Shown here: positions 12,101-22,347 of the stretch, piece after piece | Layout: each line of letters starts with the position of its first letter | Numbering within the stretch: the stretch's first letter is position 1 | Origin: Histomonas meleagridis 2922-C6/04-290x | Taxonomy: Eukaryota > Protista > Parabasalia | Direction of reading: 5' to 3' | Length of the DNA stretch: 54,085 bases | Assembly: GCA_020184695.1 (NCBI GenBank) | Contig: JAANOX010000060.1 | Span: 1 to 54,085 of the forward strand | Notes under the pieces: model-generated | Told to the model about the DNA's origin: nothing | The model's input: the letters and a program-made list of their open reading frames with translations, nothing else | Databases searched by the model: none | Made by a program: the position numbers and the translations under genes

Positions 12101-15100
12101 TTAAATACATCATCAGGTGTAGTAACACTTTTATTTAATATCTGTTTTATAGCACAATATTTATTATATTTAGGTTTCCCAGAAGCTATTTTTAATACTA
12201 ACTTTAATGTAATGGATTATGTTACTACAGATAATGAAGAAACTCGAACTACAATCCAAAATTGGATTAGATGGGCTGGTGTTTATGATGTTAAACAATC
12301 AGCTTTATCTACAAATTGTATCTCGGCATTTGTCTTTACATTTTATTTAACTTGGCATAATACATTTGTTGATTATGATCATCGTTATGAACAATTACCA
12401 GAAATCTTAAAATATTTAATTCGAGTTTTTGTTACTTATGTATTTGAAATAGTAACATCTATTATATTAATTATTACTATTGATATGAAAACTGTTGATG
12501 GATTTTTATCATTTGTTTTAACAGGAGTTTTATTAATATGTTCAATATTTTATGATTATCCTAAAATTAAATCATTATTGATTATGTCAATATCTTCAAT
12601 ATGTGTAATTGGTTTAAGATTATTATCACGTTTACCAGTATTTACTCAAGAAGGTATAGCTTCATGGATACAAAGAGCTTTTGGTTTACCATTCCAAGGA
12701 GATTCTAGGAGTGAAATTCAAGTCATAGTAATATATTCATTAGAAAGATTATGTATCCATATCTTAAATAGTGATATTTATAAAGAATGTTTAGAAGAAC
12801 AAACTAAACATATGGCTTATCGATATTTACGTTCACGACAATTATATATTATCGAAAAATTAGATAAAGAAAATATTGAAAGTAAACGTGAAACAGAAAT
12901 TAAACAAATTAAATCTATGGCTACTAATAATTTAGATTCATTTTCTGAAGCTTTAGGTAATAGTGAAAATATGTTAATCTTAAAATCAGAACATATGAAT
13001 ATTACTAATGAAAATGACAAAGAAATTCATTGGTATGATTTTATAATTGATTTTATTCCTTCATTAATTGATAAAATCATTTCATTATTAGCAATTTCTT
13101 TACCAGTTAATTCAGAATCAGGTATTAATTTCTTAACATTAAAATCATTAACAATTATTATGAAAAAGATTTCACGATTTTATAAAATAGGTAAATTATA
13201 TATACCTACGCCAGAAGAAAAAGGTTTTATTAATTCATTACCTCCATCATTTGCATTACATTATCAATCATTAGCAGAAGCATGTGATTATTTATTAATT
13301 AATGATACTAATCGAATGTGTTTATTAATTCGTTATATCTTATTATTTATACGTAAAATATCATTACCTTTATTAACATTAATATTATTAATATATATTT
13401 ATTTAAGACCTTATATCTTTTCATTAATAGTTTTAATAATATTTTTATGTATTATATTACCATTAGATTTAAAAGGTATACCAAAATTATATATAACATT
13501 TTTAAGTTTTGTTTTATTTATATTAATGTTAAGAGCTATTTGTAATGTTGATTTATTAGAAGAACAAATTCGTATAGCTAATAACTCCGTAAATATTCAA
13601 CAAATGATGATATCAGTCATCTCATTATTTGGTATTGATCCTTCACAATCATCAGTACCTGAAATATTATTATTTTTAGCTACAGTCTTTTTCGTATGTG
13701 ATCAATTAGCTTATACACAAATTTATCCATCGAATTATTATTATGAGAAATATAAAGAAATTTTACCTAAATTCCCACAAGAATATTGTTATGGATTATT
13801 TAAGAATCCTAGTGAAGCATTAGAATTAAATTATCCACAACCGAATATCATACAACAAATTAAAGAAATTATATCACGACCAGGTTTAATTAAGATTAAT
13901 CATCATATTTATATATTAATTATTGATGTAATATCATTTTTAGTATTATTCTTTAGTTGGTCAAGTTGGAGTTATAATGAACAATCAAGTGGTTCACAAG
14001 GATTTCAAATTAATATATTATTCATATTTATGTTAATCATTCATGTTATCTTTAGTTTCTTTTGTTATTATTGTTCTATTTCTTGTAGTTATTTCATATT
14101 ATTTATATTAAACTTAATTTGGTTAGTATATACATATTGTATTACATTCTTTTATTTACCAACTTGTAATAGAGATAATCATTCATCATTACAATTCTTC
14201 TTTTTCTTACGTTTCTTCGCACATTTAATTATATGTCATCAATGTTTTATCGGACGTAAAAATATTTCATATAAATATCCAAACTTCCGTAAACAATGGT
14301 TATCTATTTTAGTCTTAAATAAATTTATTCATGCATTTCCTTATGCATTTGAAATCCAAACAATATTATTATGGATGTCTAAAAAGACTAAAGTATCATT
14401 ATCTGATTTCTTTGTAGTACGAGATATAACACAACAACTTGAAATTCTTATAGCTAAACAATCAAATCCTTATAAAGAAAAAGAACCTAAACCTAAAAAA
14501 CGTATATTAATTAGTATAATTATTTTTGTTATTGCAATTATTATAATATTTGGTATACTTTTAATACTTTCTAGTTCATCAAGTTCAACTATATTTAATC
14601 CACCATTAAGTGCTAAACTTGAATTAGGTTTATCATCTATTGGTACATTATATGAATCACAAGGAATTATTTCACATATTACTACTAATGAACATCAAAG
14701 TATTATCGATTCAGGTTTATCATCATTATATGACTTAGTATATTCAGGTGATTCATGTTATATCATTGATTATCCATTAGTATCATATATAAATTATCAA
14801 CCAATTGGTACAGAACTACAAAACATTAATGAAATCTTAAGTTCGACAGCAGAAATTATTCCATTTTTCAAATATACATTTTATTTTAATAAGCCAACAA
14901 CTATATCATCAGTCCAAAATGTTATTTATCAAACTTATTCAACAAATCCTTTAACAATGAAAGAGAAAGAAACATTATTAGAAATATTAAACACAAATCA
15001 AAGTAATGATCCATTATTTAATTATCAAATACCTTTAATTATAATGATACCACAAGCAGAAGAAATTTATCATATTAATGATTTAATATTATCAATGAAT

Positions 15101-15493
15101 TTATATAAAGAAAATAATATTTGGAATATGAACGTGTCGACAAATGATTTAGCTGTAAGTTGTTTAAGAACTAATAATTATCGAATGATAATGTGGTCAC
15201 AACAAGTTACACCGGATAGTTTATTAGGTAGTGCTTCGACAAGTTTAATAATTTATTTGGTGATTGTGGTCATTTTGGGCGTATTGATAAGAAATGTGGT
15301 GTTGGGTTTCATGGACTCGTTATGGGTGGATAGAATGAAGGAGCCGCAGAAGTTGTATAGAATGATCATCGCAATAGAGGCATTCAGATCGGCGAATGAC
15401 GAAGACAAGGAATATATAGTGACAGAGAAATTGTTGGATACTTTGAGATCAAAGGAAAATTGCTTGGAAATTACAGAACAAACAAAGGATTGA
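9107..15493 (+). CDS. Piezo-family mechanosensitive ion channel
   Basis: 2128-aa polytopic membrane protein. FPYAFEIQTILLWMSKKTKVSLSDFFVVRDI matches the Piezo anchor motif (PFLxELRxxMDW...LSLxxW.xxEDI). The C-terminus YLVIVVILGVLIR...KLYRMIIAIEAFR...KEYIVTEKLLDTLRS matches the Piezo inner helix and CTD. Confidence 0.88.
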   Translation: MDSSDPDTTEYSTQGEEEKKEEPPVVEEEEEKEELEEQPIKKKKLDCMPYFLIVLIDIVIPLMLVLSAISCMSIMGMVFVILLYLHVVIANLTTKSYGALKSCLSIDFVVNLIVFVFAILNYQIDFHDNEVVSYLGLNFDNIITNKPTFTLVTSLIALICQVVSLIVIGKTPLNRFVEIRQNYFASATFQFSLQVLWAICNAFNAASNSSYLYLPILLYFLVSNICQSVNGKVGFSSFLLYLILFYSLLFALFELFIVSEIGERLDNQYNISGAIAYVYIAPDSTKAINVVAAVLFAYISIQQISAPGLKVGEQKPIPKAIKQLNDVLVIAAFALVMLYAIFYPSYMSVIWMLIPFMATFATIDKLRRFFLPLLTIIFTISFVIIFVTSVELFGVPTINGRDNNVKFMQLFGLYRYPRDFTFCCCGFYLICILGICGSITNADEKLIEKNNEDEENKEEVIDPKLERERKLQEAREKMKRRKLNNNNSDSMFEEEEEKNEEEEQNEEKEKKSKFNFKEFKEKAKKVIKKIGYVLHVFIASVAICAMIVVGIVTGFYKDRFAYHVLAAIFIIIVLLGLYKKCIFHFVKVIVALMMMFATFYKTTFNEECFNNLDECLFYGKWSDSISYDQMIKTGLIAPINMDLITFVWPLIVILILSTYLSKDKASIDMSSKLPIPVKRCLYFIVAVLHFLYMFLFDTNIFSIIFMLVALSMITSQYLKKTKLLSLSLCFSCIAVSIQLCLMLLTHFDGPRNFLGSVIISSILKMDIYEPSLEIGILSVILFLSTISFYTENPDQKSKEHFILDNIIYELRVIFDLFYFYFCWIFIFLFSIVNDNPSFIKFFIMLFFALGRVSAPIFYKIRIPFLIFNIAYAVIQYIFHIFGLDDESDRNYGIYSYIGLFFCSPGKPTKAQRNMSLMYQIIVMLIGIINIKPYKRKVTNVKFESYLIVRIYNAICSMLHHWLPLIVQVSLCTSTIFNPSIFGWLSYIVMIIVVFKPTILNTSSGVVTLLFNICFIAQYLLYLGFPEAIFNTNFNVMDYVTTDNEETRTTIQNWIRWAGVYDVKQSALSTNCISAFVFTFYLTWHNTFVDYDHRYEQLPEILKYLIRVFVTYVFEIVTSIILIITIDMKTVDGFLSFVLTGVLLICSIFYDYPKIKSLLIMSISSICVIGLRLLSRLPVFTQEGIASWIQRAFGLPFQGDSRSEIQVIVIYSLERLCIHILNSDIYKECLEEQTKHMAYRYLRSRQLYIIEKLDKENIESKRETEIKQIKSMATNNLDSFSEALGNSENMLILKSEHMNITNENDKEIHWYDFIIDFIPSLIDKIISLLAISLPVNSESGINFLTLKSLTIIMKKISRFYKIGKLYIPTPEEKGFINSLPPSFALHYQSLAEACDYLLINDTNRMCLLIRYILLFIRKISLPLLTLILLIYIYLRPYIFSLIVLIIFLCIILPLDLKGIPKLYITFLSFVLFILMLRAICNVDLLEEQIRIANNSVNIQQMMISVISLFGIDPSQSSVPEILLFLATVFFVCDQLAYTQIYPSNYYYEKYKEILPKFPQEYCYGLFKNPSEALELNYPQPNIIQQIKEIISRPGLIKINHHIYILIIDVISFLVLFFSWSSWSYNEQSSGSQGFQINILFIFMLIIHVIFSFFCYYCSISCSYFILFILNLIWLVYTYCITFFYLPTCNRDNHSSLQFFFFLRFFAHLIICHQCFIGRKNISYKYPNFRKQWLSILVLNKFIHAFPYAFEIQTILLWMSKKTKVSLSDFFVVRDITQQLEILIAKQSNPYKEKEPKPKKRILISIIIFVIAIIIIFGILLILSSSSSSTIFNPPLSAKLELGLSSIGTLYESQGIISHITTNEHQSIIDSGLSSLYDLVYSGDSCYIIDYPLVSYINYQPIGTELQNINEILSSTAEIIPFFKYTFYFNKPTTISSVQNVIYQTYSTNPLTMKEKETLLEILNTNQSNDPLFNYQIPLIIMIPQAEEIYHINDLILSMNLYKENNIWNMNVSTNDLAVSCLRTNNYRMIMWSQQVTPDSLLGSASTSLIIYLVIVVILGVLIRNVVLGFMDSLWVDRMKEPQKLYRMIIAIEAFRSANDEDKEYIVTEKLLDTLRSKENCLEITEQTKD

Positions 15494-16256
15494 TCAAATA
15501 TTGGTGAAAAATATTTTTTCATGAATAAAAATTGACAGAAAAAATAATTTTTTTTTAATTAAATTTGGATCATTAAAAATGTTTCTGTTTATTATTATTG
15601 GGGCTGAGCGATAAAAAAAATATTAACGTTATAATGAGAAAAATCATTAAATGTTTTTATGAATAAATTTATATCAAATATTTGGTATAAATTTTATGAT
15701 ATTTTATTTGTAACGAAAAAGTCTTGACAAGGCGTTTGTCGAGTCTTTTTATTTGATAATTATTCATTTATTTCGAAATGACATTTTAATTGATATCAAA
15801 TATATTGTTCCGAATTTCCCAAGAATTCTGCAAGTTCTTGGGATACTATGTTTTGGCTCATTAAATGAGATGTAAAAATAAATTTTTTTCGTGTGTGTGC
15901 CATTATGTGATAGTTATATTATAAAACTAAGGAATGGTGCGAGTATCACAATTCTATATATATATAAAGCATCAACTTCATCATGGCGAACAATTATAAA
16001 TATGCTGGTAGCATTTTTTATATACATTTATTGATTACTTTAATAAAATTTGTTATGACAATGATACTATTAGTTATGAAAATTTATAGCAAACAAAATT
16101 TACAATCATTTCGAATATTCACAAATATTTTTTATATATGGGTTTTATTTCTAACATATTTTTGTGAATTTAAAATAAGACTAAAAAACAAAAAATAAGT
16201 TTTTGTTTCGAAAATATTGTTATTTGTAACACAGATGACATCGGAGGTAATTTTCA

Positions 16257-17321
16257 ATGAATTCAAAAGAAGGTGATCACAAACGGTTATGTGAAATAAA
16301 AAGGCGATCAAAACTGCCGATTTATTATTTATTTATCATGCAGGATGACAAAATGAAGATCTTTGTAACAAGAATGATTCCAATGAACGGAATAGAAATA
16401 CTCAAGAAGCACTACAAAAATGTTGAGGTTTGGGGAGAAAATAGAACATGTCCACATGATTTACTTGTACAAAAAGCTTCAGAATGTGATGCTCTTCTAA
16501 CAATAGGATTTGATACTGTTGATGAAGAAGTCATCAACCATCCAAATCTTAAAGTAATATCTCAAGTTTCAGTTGGCATAAATAACATTGATCTTGAATC
16601 AGCCACTAAGCATCATAAGCCTGTATCTTACACACCATATGTTCTTAGTGATAGCTGTGCTGATTTTGCTTGGTGTTTAATGCTTGCAGCAGCTCGCCAA
16701 CTTATTCCATCTACACGTTATGTCTCAGAAGGCAAATGGCTGCACAATGACCCAAAGCTTTTCAATGGCTTTGACGTCTTTGGAAAAACACTTGGTATTA
16801 TTGGCGCCGGTCGAATTGGTCAATGCATTGCAAAACGTGGAAGTGGTTTTTCAATGCGTATTTTATACAATGGTCCACATAGAAAACCAGAACTCGATGC
16901 TACTGGCGCTTTATATTGTACGCTTGACGATCTTCTTTCACAATCTGATTTTGTCGTTCTTGCATGCACACTTAATCCGACAACGCAGGGATTAATTGGG
17001 GCTGAACAGTTACGAAAGATGAAGAAAACCGCGATTTTAGTAAACATTGCAAGAGGCCCTTGTGTTGTAACACAAGATCTAATTGATGCACTTAAGAATG
17101 GAACAATCGCTGCAGCAGCACTCGACGTAACAGATCCAGAACCATTACCAGTGACAAGCGAATTGATGAAACTTGAAAATTGTATCGTGTCATCACATAT
17201 CGCAAGTGCAACAATAGAAACAAGACAAAAGATGTCTGAAATATCGGCTAATGCTATTGTTGATGCATTGAACGGAAAGAAAGTACTTTATTGTGCAAAT
17301 CCTGAAGTTTATGACCAATGA
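16257..17321 (+). CDS. D-2-hydroxyacid dehydrogenase, glyoxylate/hydroxypyruvate reductase type (likely start ATG 16338 or 16353)
   Basis: GAGRIG Rossmann motif, LVNIARG, LDVTDPEPLP and SSHIASAT catalytic Arg/Glu/His motifs. Confidence 0.93.
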   Translation: MNSKEGDHKRLCEIKRRSKLPIYYLFIMQDDKMKIFVTRMIPMNGIEILKKHYKNVEVWGENRTCPHDLLVQKASECDALLTIGFDTVDEEVINHPNLKVISQVSVGINNIDLESATKHHKPVSYTPYVLSDSCADFAWCLMLAAARQLIPSTRYVSEGKWLHNDPKLFNGFDVFGKTLGIIGAGRIGQCIAKRGSGFSMRILYNGPHRKPELDATGALYCTLDDLLSQSDFVVLACTLNPTTQGLIGAEQLRKMKKTAILVNIARGPCVVTQDLIDALKNGTIAAAALDVTDPEPLPVTSELMKLENCIVSSHIASATIETRQKMSEISANAIVDALNGKKVLYCANPEVYDQ

Positions 17322-17676
17322 TTATTGATGCTCAACAAAGATTAAAAAATTTGGAATTTCATTGGAAGTGATTATTTAAATGAATTGACAATAATGTTTT
17401 TTATTGATTTGGTGGAAAAGAAACTGAACTTTAAAGGGAGATCTGGCATTGAAAATTGAATGAAGAAAGATTTCAATTGACAAGAATAACATTTACATTG
17501 TCAAAAAGCCAAACTGAATTATCAAAATTTTGAATGGAAATTTTCATTGAGGTTTCATAAAAGGTCCAATTTAACTTGGTCTGGCGGTTATTCTTCTGGA
17601 ATTTGGTCGAAATTTTCTTATATAGAATTTTTCTATCGTAGGGATTTTCTCAAACGTTTTAAATCTGTGAAGAAAA

Positions 17677-18252
17677 ATGTTTCCTCTGCAAGCAGAACCA
17701 AAATTCTGGGAAATACTCTCAGACCCTGATAAAAGCAGCTATATCCAAATTTATTCAAAACTTCGTTTTGATGTGTCAAAAACTAAAAGAGGAAGAATTG
17801 ATGTTTTTTCATCAAGATTAAAAATAATTCACGATTTTATATATAAAGACGACATAGATGTTTGGAAAAGGTCTGTTGTTTCTGGTGTATTGTTTTTAAC
17901 AAATGCCCTCGCAATCAATATTCAACAATTAAAAATACTTTTAGGTAAATGTAAATCATCAATAAATAGATCACTCCAACTGCTTGGGTTTACTTCGAAA
18001 GCTTTATCTACAGAAGTTAGCAAGGAAATCGACCATTTAATTCCATTTAAATCATATTTTGAAAGCAAAAAGTGGTCAATCAGATTTGGTGACATGAAAG
18101 ACCTCCAACCAGCTCCTAAAATTTCTCAACCTTTTCCTCAAGAAGCAGTCATTGCTACTGAAACATTTCAACATTACCCATGTCCAGCGAAGCTTCGGCA
18201 CAAATTTTACGACATAATACACACGTCAATGTCGATACAAACTGAAGCATAG
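17677..18252 (+). CDS. Initiator-binding-domain (IBD, IBP39-like) transcription factor
   Basis: DVWKRSVVSGVLFLTNALAINIQQLKILLGKCKSSINRSLQLLGF matches the trichomonad IBD family signature. Confidence 0.88.
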   Translation: MFPLQAEPKFWEILSDPDKSSYIQIYSKLRFDVSKTKRGRIDVFSSRLKIIHDFIYKDDIDVWKRSVVSGVLFLTNALAINIQQLKILLGKCKSSINRSLQLLGFTSKALSTEVSKEIDHLIPFKSYFESKKWSIRFGDMKDLQPAPKISQPFPQEAVIATETFQHYPCPAKLRHKFYDIIHTSMSIQTEA

Positions 18253-18554
18253 CTTCTCGTTTCTCTTTCAGTAAAAACTTGAATTTAATTTACCAATTTT
18301 GATTTCTTTTAACTTATTACCGATGTACAATGTTATCAGCTCTGAATCCTTGTAATATAATTTTTGGTTAATATTTAATGAAATTTTAAATTTGATTATT
18401 TTCCAAGAAATCAAACACTTATTTTATAGAACCAAGAAAACGCATCAACGAACTTAAAGTTAATCCTATAGACATATCATGAAGGAAACATGAGTAAATT
18501 TTTTTTTCACCATATCTCAATTTAACATAGTTTTTAGAAAAACAATGTGTTTAT

Positions 18555-19244
18555 TCACAAAGAAACTGTGAAGAAGTGCTGAGGCACATCAAATTGCATA
18601 CAGAAAATCTTGGCAAAAATTGATAGCGCAAGAAAGTATTGGAACAAAGATGAATACTTATCAATGGATTCGTCATCAATCATGGAGAATATACAAAGAA
18701 AAATGAGAGCAGCGAGAACTACAATCGATGCAATGAATGTTTTCCCATAATTCATTTTCTTAAGGTAAAAATCTGTAATTAAATAGTATATACAACTGCC
18801 GCCAAAAAACACAAACGCACCGCATAAGTGAAGAAACTTTTGGTTTTGCAAGGTAATGGTTGAAAGAAAAACCAATCCAAGTGGAACAGCTATATTTGCT
18901 AAGTACATAAGAAACCGTATAATCTTATAAACAATGTTATTGAGGTGATGCTTCTCTGAATAACTGACGATGATTTTGTTTCTCATAAGATAAAGAAAAG
19001 TGATTATGACCGCCTCAATACACATTGCTACAGCAAATATTTTGTTTTCAGGGTAAGGTATAACAGTCACAGATATATCAAGAACCTTTTGAGAAAAAGT
19101 TATTTTTTGACCTCCTTCATCAAACCACCCATTTTTAAAATGTCCTGTACCATAGAATATAGCCCAACAAACAGCGACAGAAACAACAGGGAAAACAGAA
19201 CCAATAATATACCATATTTTTGGTCTGTAGGTAATATGTTGCAT
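18555..19244 (-). CDS. Frag1/DRAM/Sfk1-family six-TM membrane protein
   Basis: Six hydrophobic segments, ISxTxxxYPENKIF after TM1 and the HLCGAFVFF motif. Confidence 0.75.
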   Translation of the reverse strand: MQHITYRPKIWYIIGSVFPVVSVAVCWAIFYGTGHFKNGWFDEGGQKITFSQKVLDISVTVIPYPENKIFAVAMCIEAVIITFLYLMRNKIIVSYSEKHHLNNIVYKIIRFLMYLANIAVPLGLVFLSTITLQNQKFLHLCGAFVFFGGSCIYYLITDFYLKKMNYGKTFIASIVVLAALIFLCIFSMIDDESIDKYSSLFQYFLALSIFAKIFCMQFDVPQHFFTVSL

Positions 19245-19307
19245 TGATTTCCTCTTCAGCTTGGTTTATATAAAGTATTCAAAATTTCTGTCTTCGCGAA
19301 GACATGC

Positions 19308-19844
19308 ATGTTATTTGGGGTGCCCTTCAACCCGCTGAAAAATGGTGATATGATTCCGAGACAACAAATTATTCAAGAAGAAGTTTCAAATTTACTCGAT
19401 AAAATACAACAATCTATTTTAAAAAATCCAGAAAATTCAGATTTTGCTTTTTCTCAATTACAATTCATAGTAGATTCTTTTAGAAATCCTATTTCTATAA
19501 TATCAATGCCAAATGAAAACGCATTGATTTCCAGTGAAGAATCAATAAGCTTGCCAAAGAACCATGGGCCTTGGATTTCACAAGAAAAAATTCGCATAGC
19601 AAAAAGAATTGAAAATTGGGAACCTCAAAATAGCCTTGTTTGGAAACAACTAAAAGACATATATGGAAGTAATATTAATCATAATTTTTTGCTTGAAATT
19701 GCAAATCAGCTAAGTCAAAAACTTAAAATCACATTAGATAGAGATGCAAAAAGAAGAAAGACCATTCTAATTAAATGGTTCGAAGAGCATTGGGAAGCAA
19801 TTTCACAACACATTAATTATATGAATATTAACATGGAAAATTAA
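19308..19844 (+). CDS. Hypothetical protein with LDRDAKRRK..IKWFEEHW C-terminal domain
   Basis: Intact 178-aa ORF with an ATG start. Function not recognised. Confidence 0.65.
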   Translation: MLFGVPFNPLKNGDMIPRQQIIQEEVSNLLDKIQQSILKNPENSDFAFSQLQFIVDSFRNPISIISMPNENALISSEESISLPKNHGPWISQEKIRIAKRIENWEPQNSLVWKQLKDIYGSNINHNFLLEIANQLSQKLKITLDRDAKRRKTILIKWFEEHWEAISQHINYMNINMEN

Positions 19845-19939
19845 TTTTCTTAAAAATAAATTCACATAAATGACTTTCTTATTGCCTTGCGAATTAAACT
19901 ATAAATATGTTTAACGAATATATTGTAATATAAATAAAC

Positions 19940-20160
19940 ATCTTAACATAAATTCCTTTTTGTTCAAGAAGTAATTTAACTACTTCTATAAGATCATTTT
20001 TACGTGCAGCTATAAGTGCTGTATTAAATAATTTTCATAATTTCCAAATATTATTTTGTGATATAAAATTATAATTAATTCTAAATATAACAAACAAATA
20101 TTTTTAACATTAAGATCAACTCCTTTTTGTTCAAGAACAATTGTTTTACAATTTCTATGC
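19940..20160 (-). pseudogene. Ankyrin-repeat remnant with the position-specific insert
   Basis: The minus strand reads EQKGVDLNVKNIC-[65-nt insert]-FNTALIAARKNDLIEVVKLLLEQKGI. Confidence 0.75.
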
Positions 20161-20279
20161 AACCATTATTTAAATAATTTCCAAATTAGATTATAAAATA
20201 CTAAAATATTAGAATAATTATTAAATAAAAGTAAATAATTTCTGGAGCATCAAAAGGTTCAACAGTTGAAGAGTGTGTT

Positions 20280-20800
20280 CTCAATATGTCTTGTCAAGAC
20301 ATGAATTCAGTAAATCAAATGCATTTACTGAATCATTACAATTTGGTGTAACATATGTTCAAACTTTAATTTTAACACAAGCATTTACACAAACAGTTAT
20401 ATCCGAAAATATTTTCTCAAATATTACTTTTTGATGTTTAAATCATTTTATTCTTATATTGAATCGAAATTTGTTTATTATATCATTCTTGAATATTCAT
20501 CATATGTTACATATTATTCTGCTTTTCATACAATTTTTCAGAATGCAGATAAAGAATAGGAAAATAAAAATAAGGAAACGCAAGAAATTCTCATTATTGT
20601 AATTGTAATGTTTATTAAAATTATTTTAATTATTTCACATTTTATTATCTTTTTAATACGTCATGACGTATTAAACGAAATCGTTTTATAAGTTATCTAG
20701 AAAATGCAAATGCAATCAATAACAAAATCAACACAGAAAATGTTATTAATTTATCTCATTTTGAAAAGTATCCATATGCTAAAGATTTTGAATAAAATAA
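20280..20800 (+). pseudogene. Decayed surface-protein C-terminal fragment (FT-rich stalk, TM-like segment, YPYAKDFE tail)
   Basis: Short translatable pieces resemble the C-terminus of the neighbouring BspA gene. Many stops. Confidence 0.35.
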
Positions 20801-20939
20801 TTTGACATGAAAATTTAATGTTTCTATTGCATATCTATAATAAACATATAAAATTTAATGGAAGGAAACATAAAATTTGCCAAATAACGAAAATGTTTAT
20901 ATTTAATAAAAAAATTATCTGTTCTTAAAATAAGTTTAT

Positions 20940-21057
20940 TTATATCTGACTTATAAATTTTTCTTCTTTGAAATCGTCTGCAAATGGATATTCTTCAATA
21001 TTTGAATTATTAATCCCAACTGAAAATGTATTATCGATTTCATTAATTTTATTTCTA
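20940..21057 (-). pseudogene. Detached 3' end (cytoplasmic tail) of the BspA gene
   Basis: Removing the mariner and one TA restores ...EENRNKINEIDNTFSVGINNSNIEEYPFADDFKEEKFISQI-stop in frame with ORF 22304-23293. Confidence 0.88.
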
Positions 21058-22347
21058 TAGGGTGTTCCACCCCAACTGTAGTATCTCACTCATTTTTTAA
21101 GTTTTTTTAAATTTATTAATAAAAATGAAATGTTTATTAAATATACTCTCTATTTGTTTCGATAACTTTTTTAAGTCTTTTTTCCCATTCGTCAAAAACG
21201 CTTTGCAAAGTTTCTTTCGGTATATTTAATAATATCGAAGTCACTTTTTCTTCAACCTCTTCTCTACTCTCATATTGAAATCCTTCCAATTTTCCTTTTA
21301 CATACCCAAATAGGAAAAAGTCTTCTGAAGGAGCTATATCTGCGGAGTAGGGGGGATGAGGTGCCCTTTTGAGCTTGTTGGAGTCCATATATAAAGTTGT
21401 GAATCTCGACCTATGCGGTTTTGCATTGTCGGCATGTACAGTAATGTTTCTTGTGTCATTTTTAGGATTTGTACCATTCTTTTTGGATAGTTTTGATAAA
21501 ATATATTTTACATAATATTGTGAATTAAATGTTTCTCTTTTTGAAAGTAAGCCAATAACTTCAAATCCGTGTGGATTATAAAAAACCGTCAACATTACTT
21601 TTTTTTGCGTAATAGTCCTTTTGCTTATTGTTCCTCGTGGTATCCATTGTCGAACATAATAATTATCATAATAAAACCAGGACTCGTCACTCGTTATAAA
21701 ATATTTATAACTGTTATGTCTTGCAATCTCTAATGTCTTTAAAAGTTGAATTGATTTAGTGACTTATTGTTTTTTGATATCTTCCGTAAGTAAATGTGGA
21801 ACCCACTTTAAAAGTTTATTTTTATAGCCAAGCTTTTCAGTAGGATACCTATATACAGTAGTGTTTGGAATCTCTGTTAACTTAGCTATTTGTCTTATTG
21901 AAGCATATGGAAATTTATCTAAAATTTCCAAAATTTTTAAATCAACATTTTCGTCAATAGGGGTAATCGGTTCACTAATGTTAGGTGACATTGTTTGATT
22001 AAAACTTCTTTGTCTGAGGTATTTACATACTGTTGAATATGAAATACATTCTTCACCCAATATGATCTCCATTTCAGTATGAATCGCTTTTGCTGACATT
22101 CCCTTCATCGCGAGATATATTGTGATTGATTTTTGATCAAGCTCCATAATGGAGGGGTAAAAATTTTAAACGTCATTTTTTTGTATTCAATTAAAGAAAA
22201 ATCGATTATTAGTTAATAATAGACTTGACAAAAATTATTTTTAAATAAAAAACAAAACCCATTAAATTTAGTGTTTTTATTTATATAAAAAATATTATTG
22301 TATCTATTCTATATAAAGAGATACTACGGTAGGGGTGGAACACCCTA
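21058..22347 (-). mobile_element. Full-length mariner transposon (1290 bp) with 30-bp TIRs and TA target-site duplication
   Basis: TIRs are TAGGGTGTTCCACCCCAACTGTAGTATCTC (21058-21087) and its near-perfect inverse (22318-22347). TA flanks lie at 21056-21057 and 22348-22349. Confidence 0.95.
21137..22147 (-). pseudogene. Mariner transposase with one premature stop (21764-21766)
   Basis: One continuous frame containing WVPHLL, SDESW, HADNAKPH and HPPYSADIAPSEDFFLF. Confidence 0.92.

Noticed and set aside
16257-17321. Bacterial contamination or chimeric contig
   Set aside because: The gene is flanked by parabasalid-type genes, with matching AT-rich intergenic DNA and no operon or Shine-Dalgarno context.
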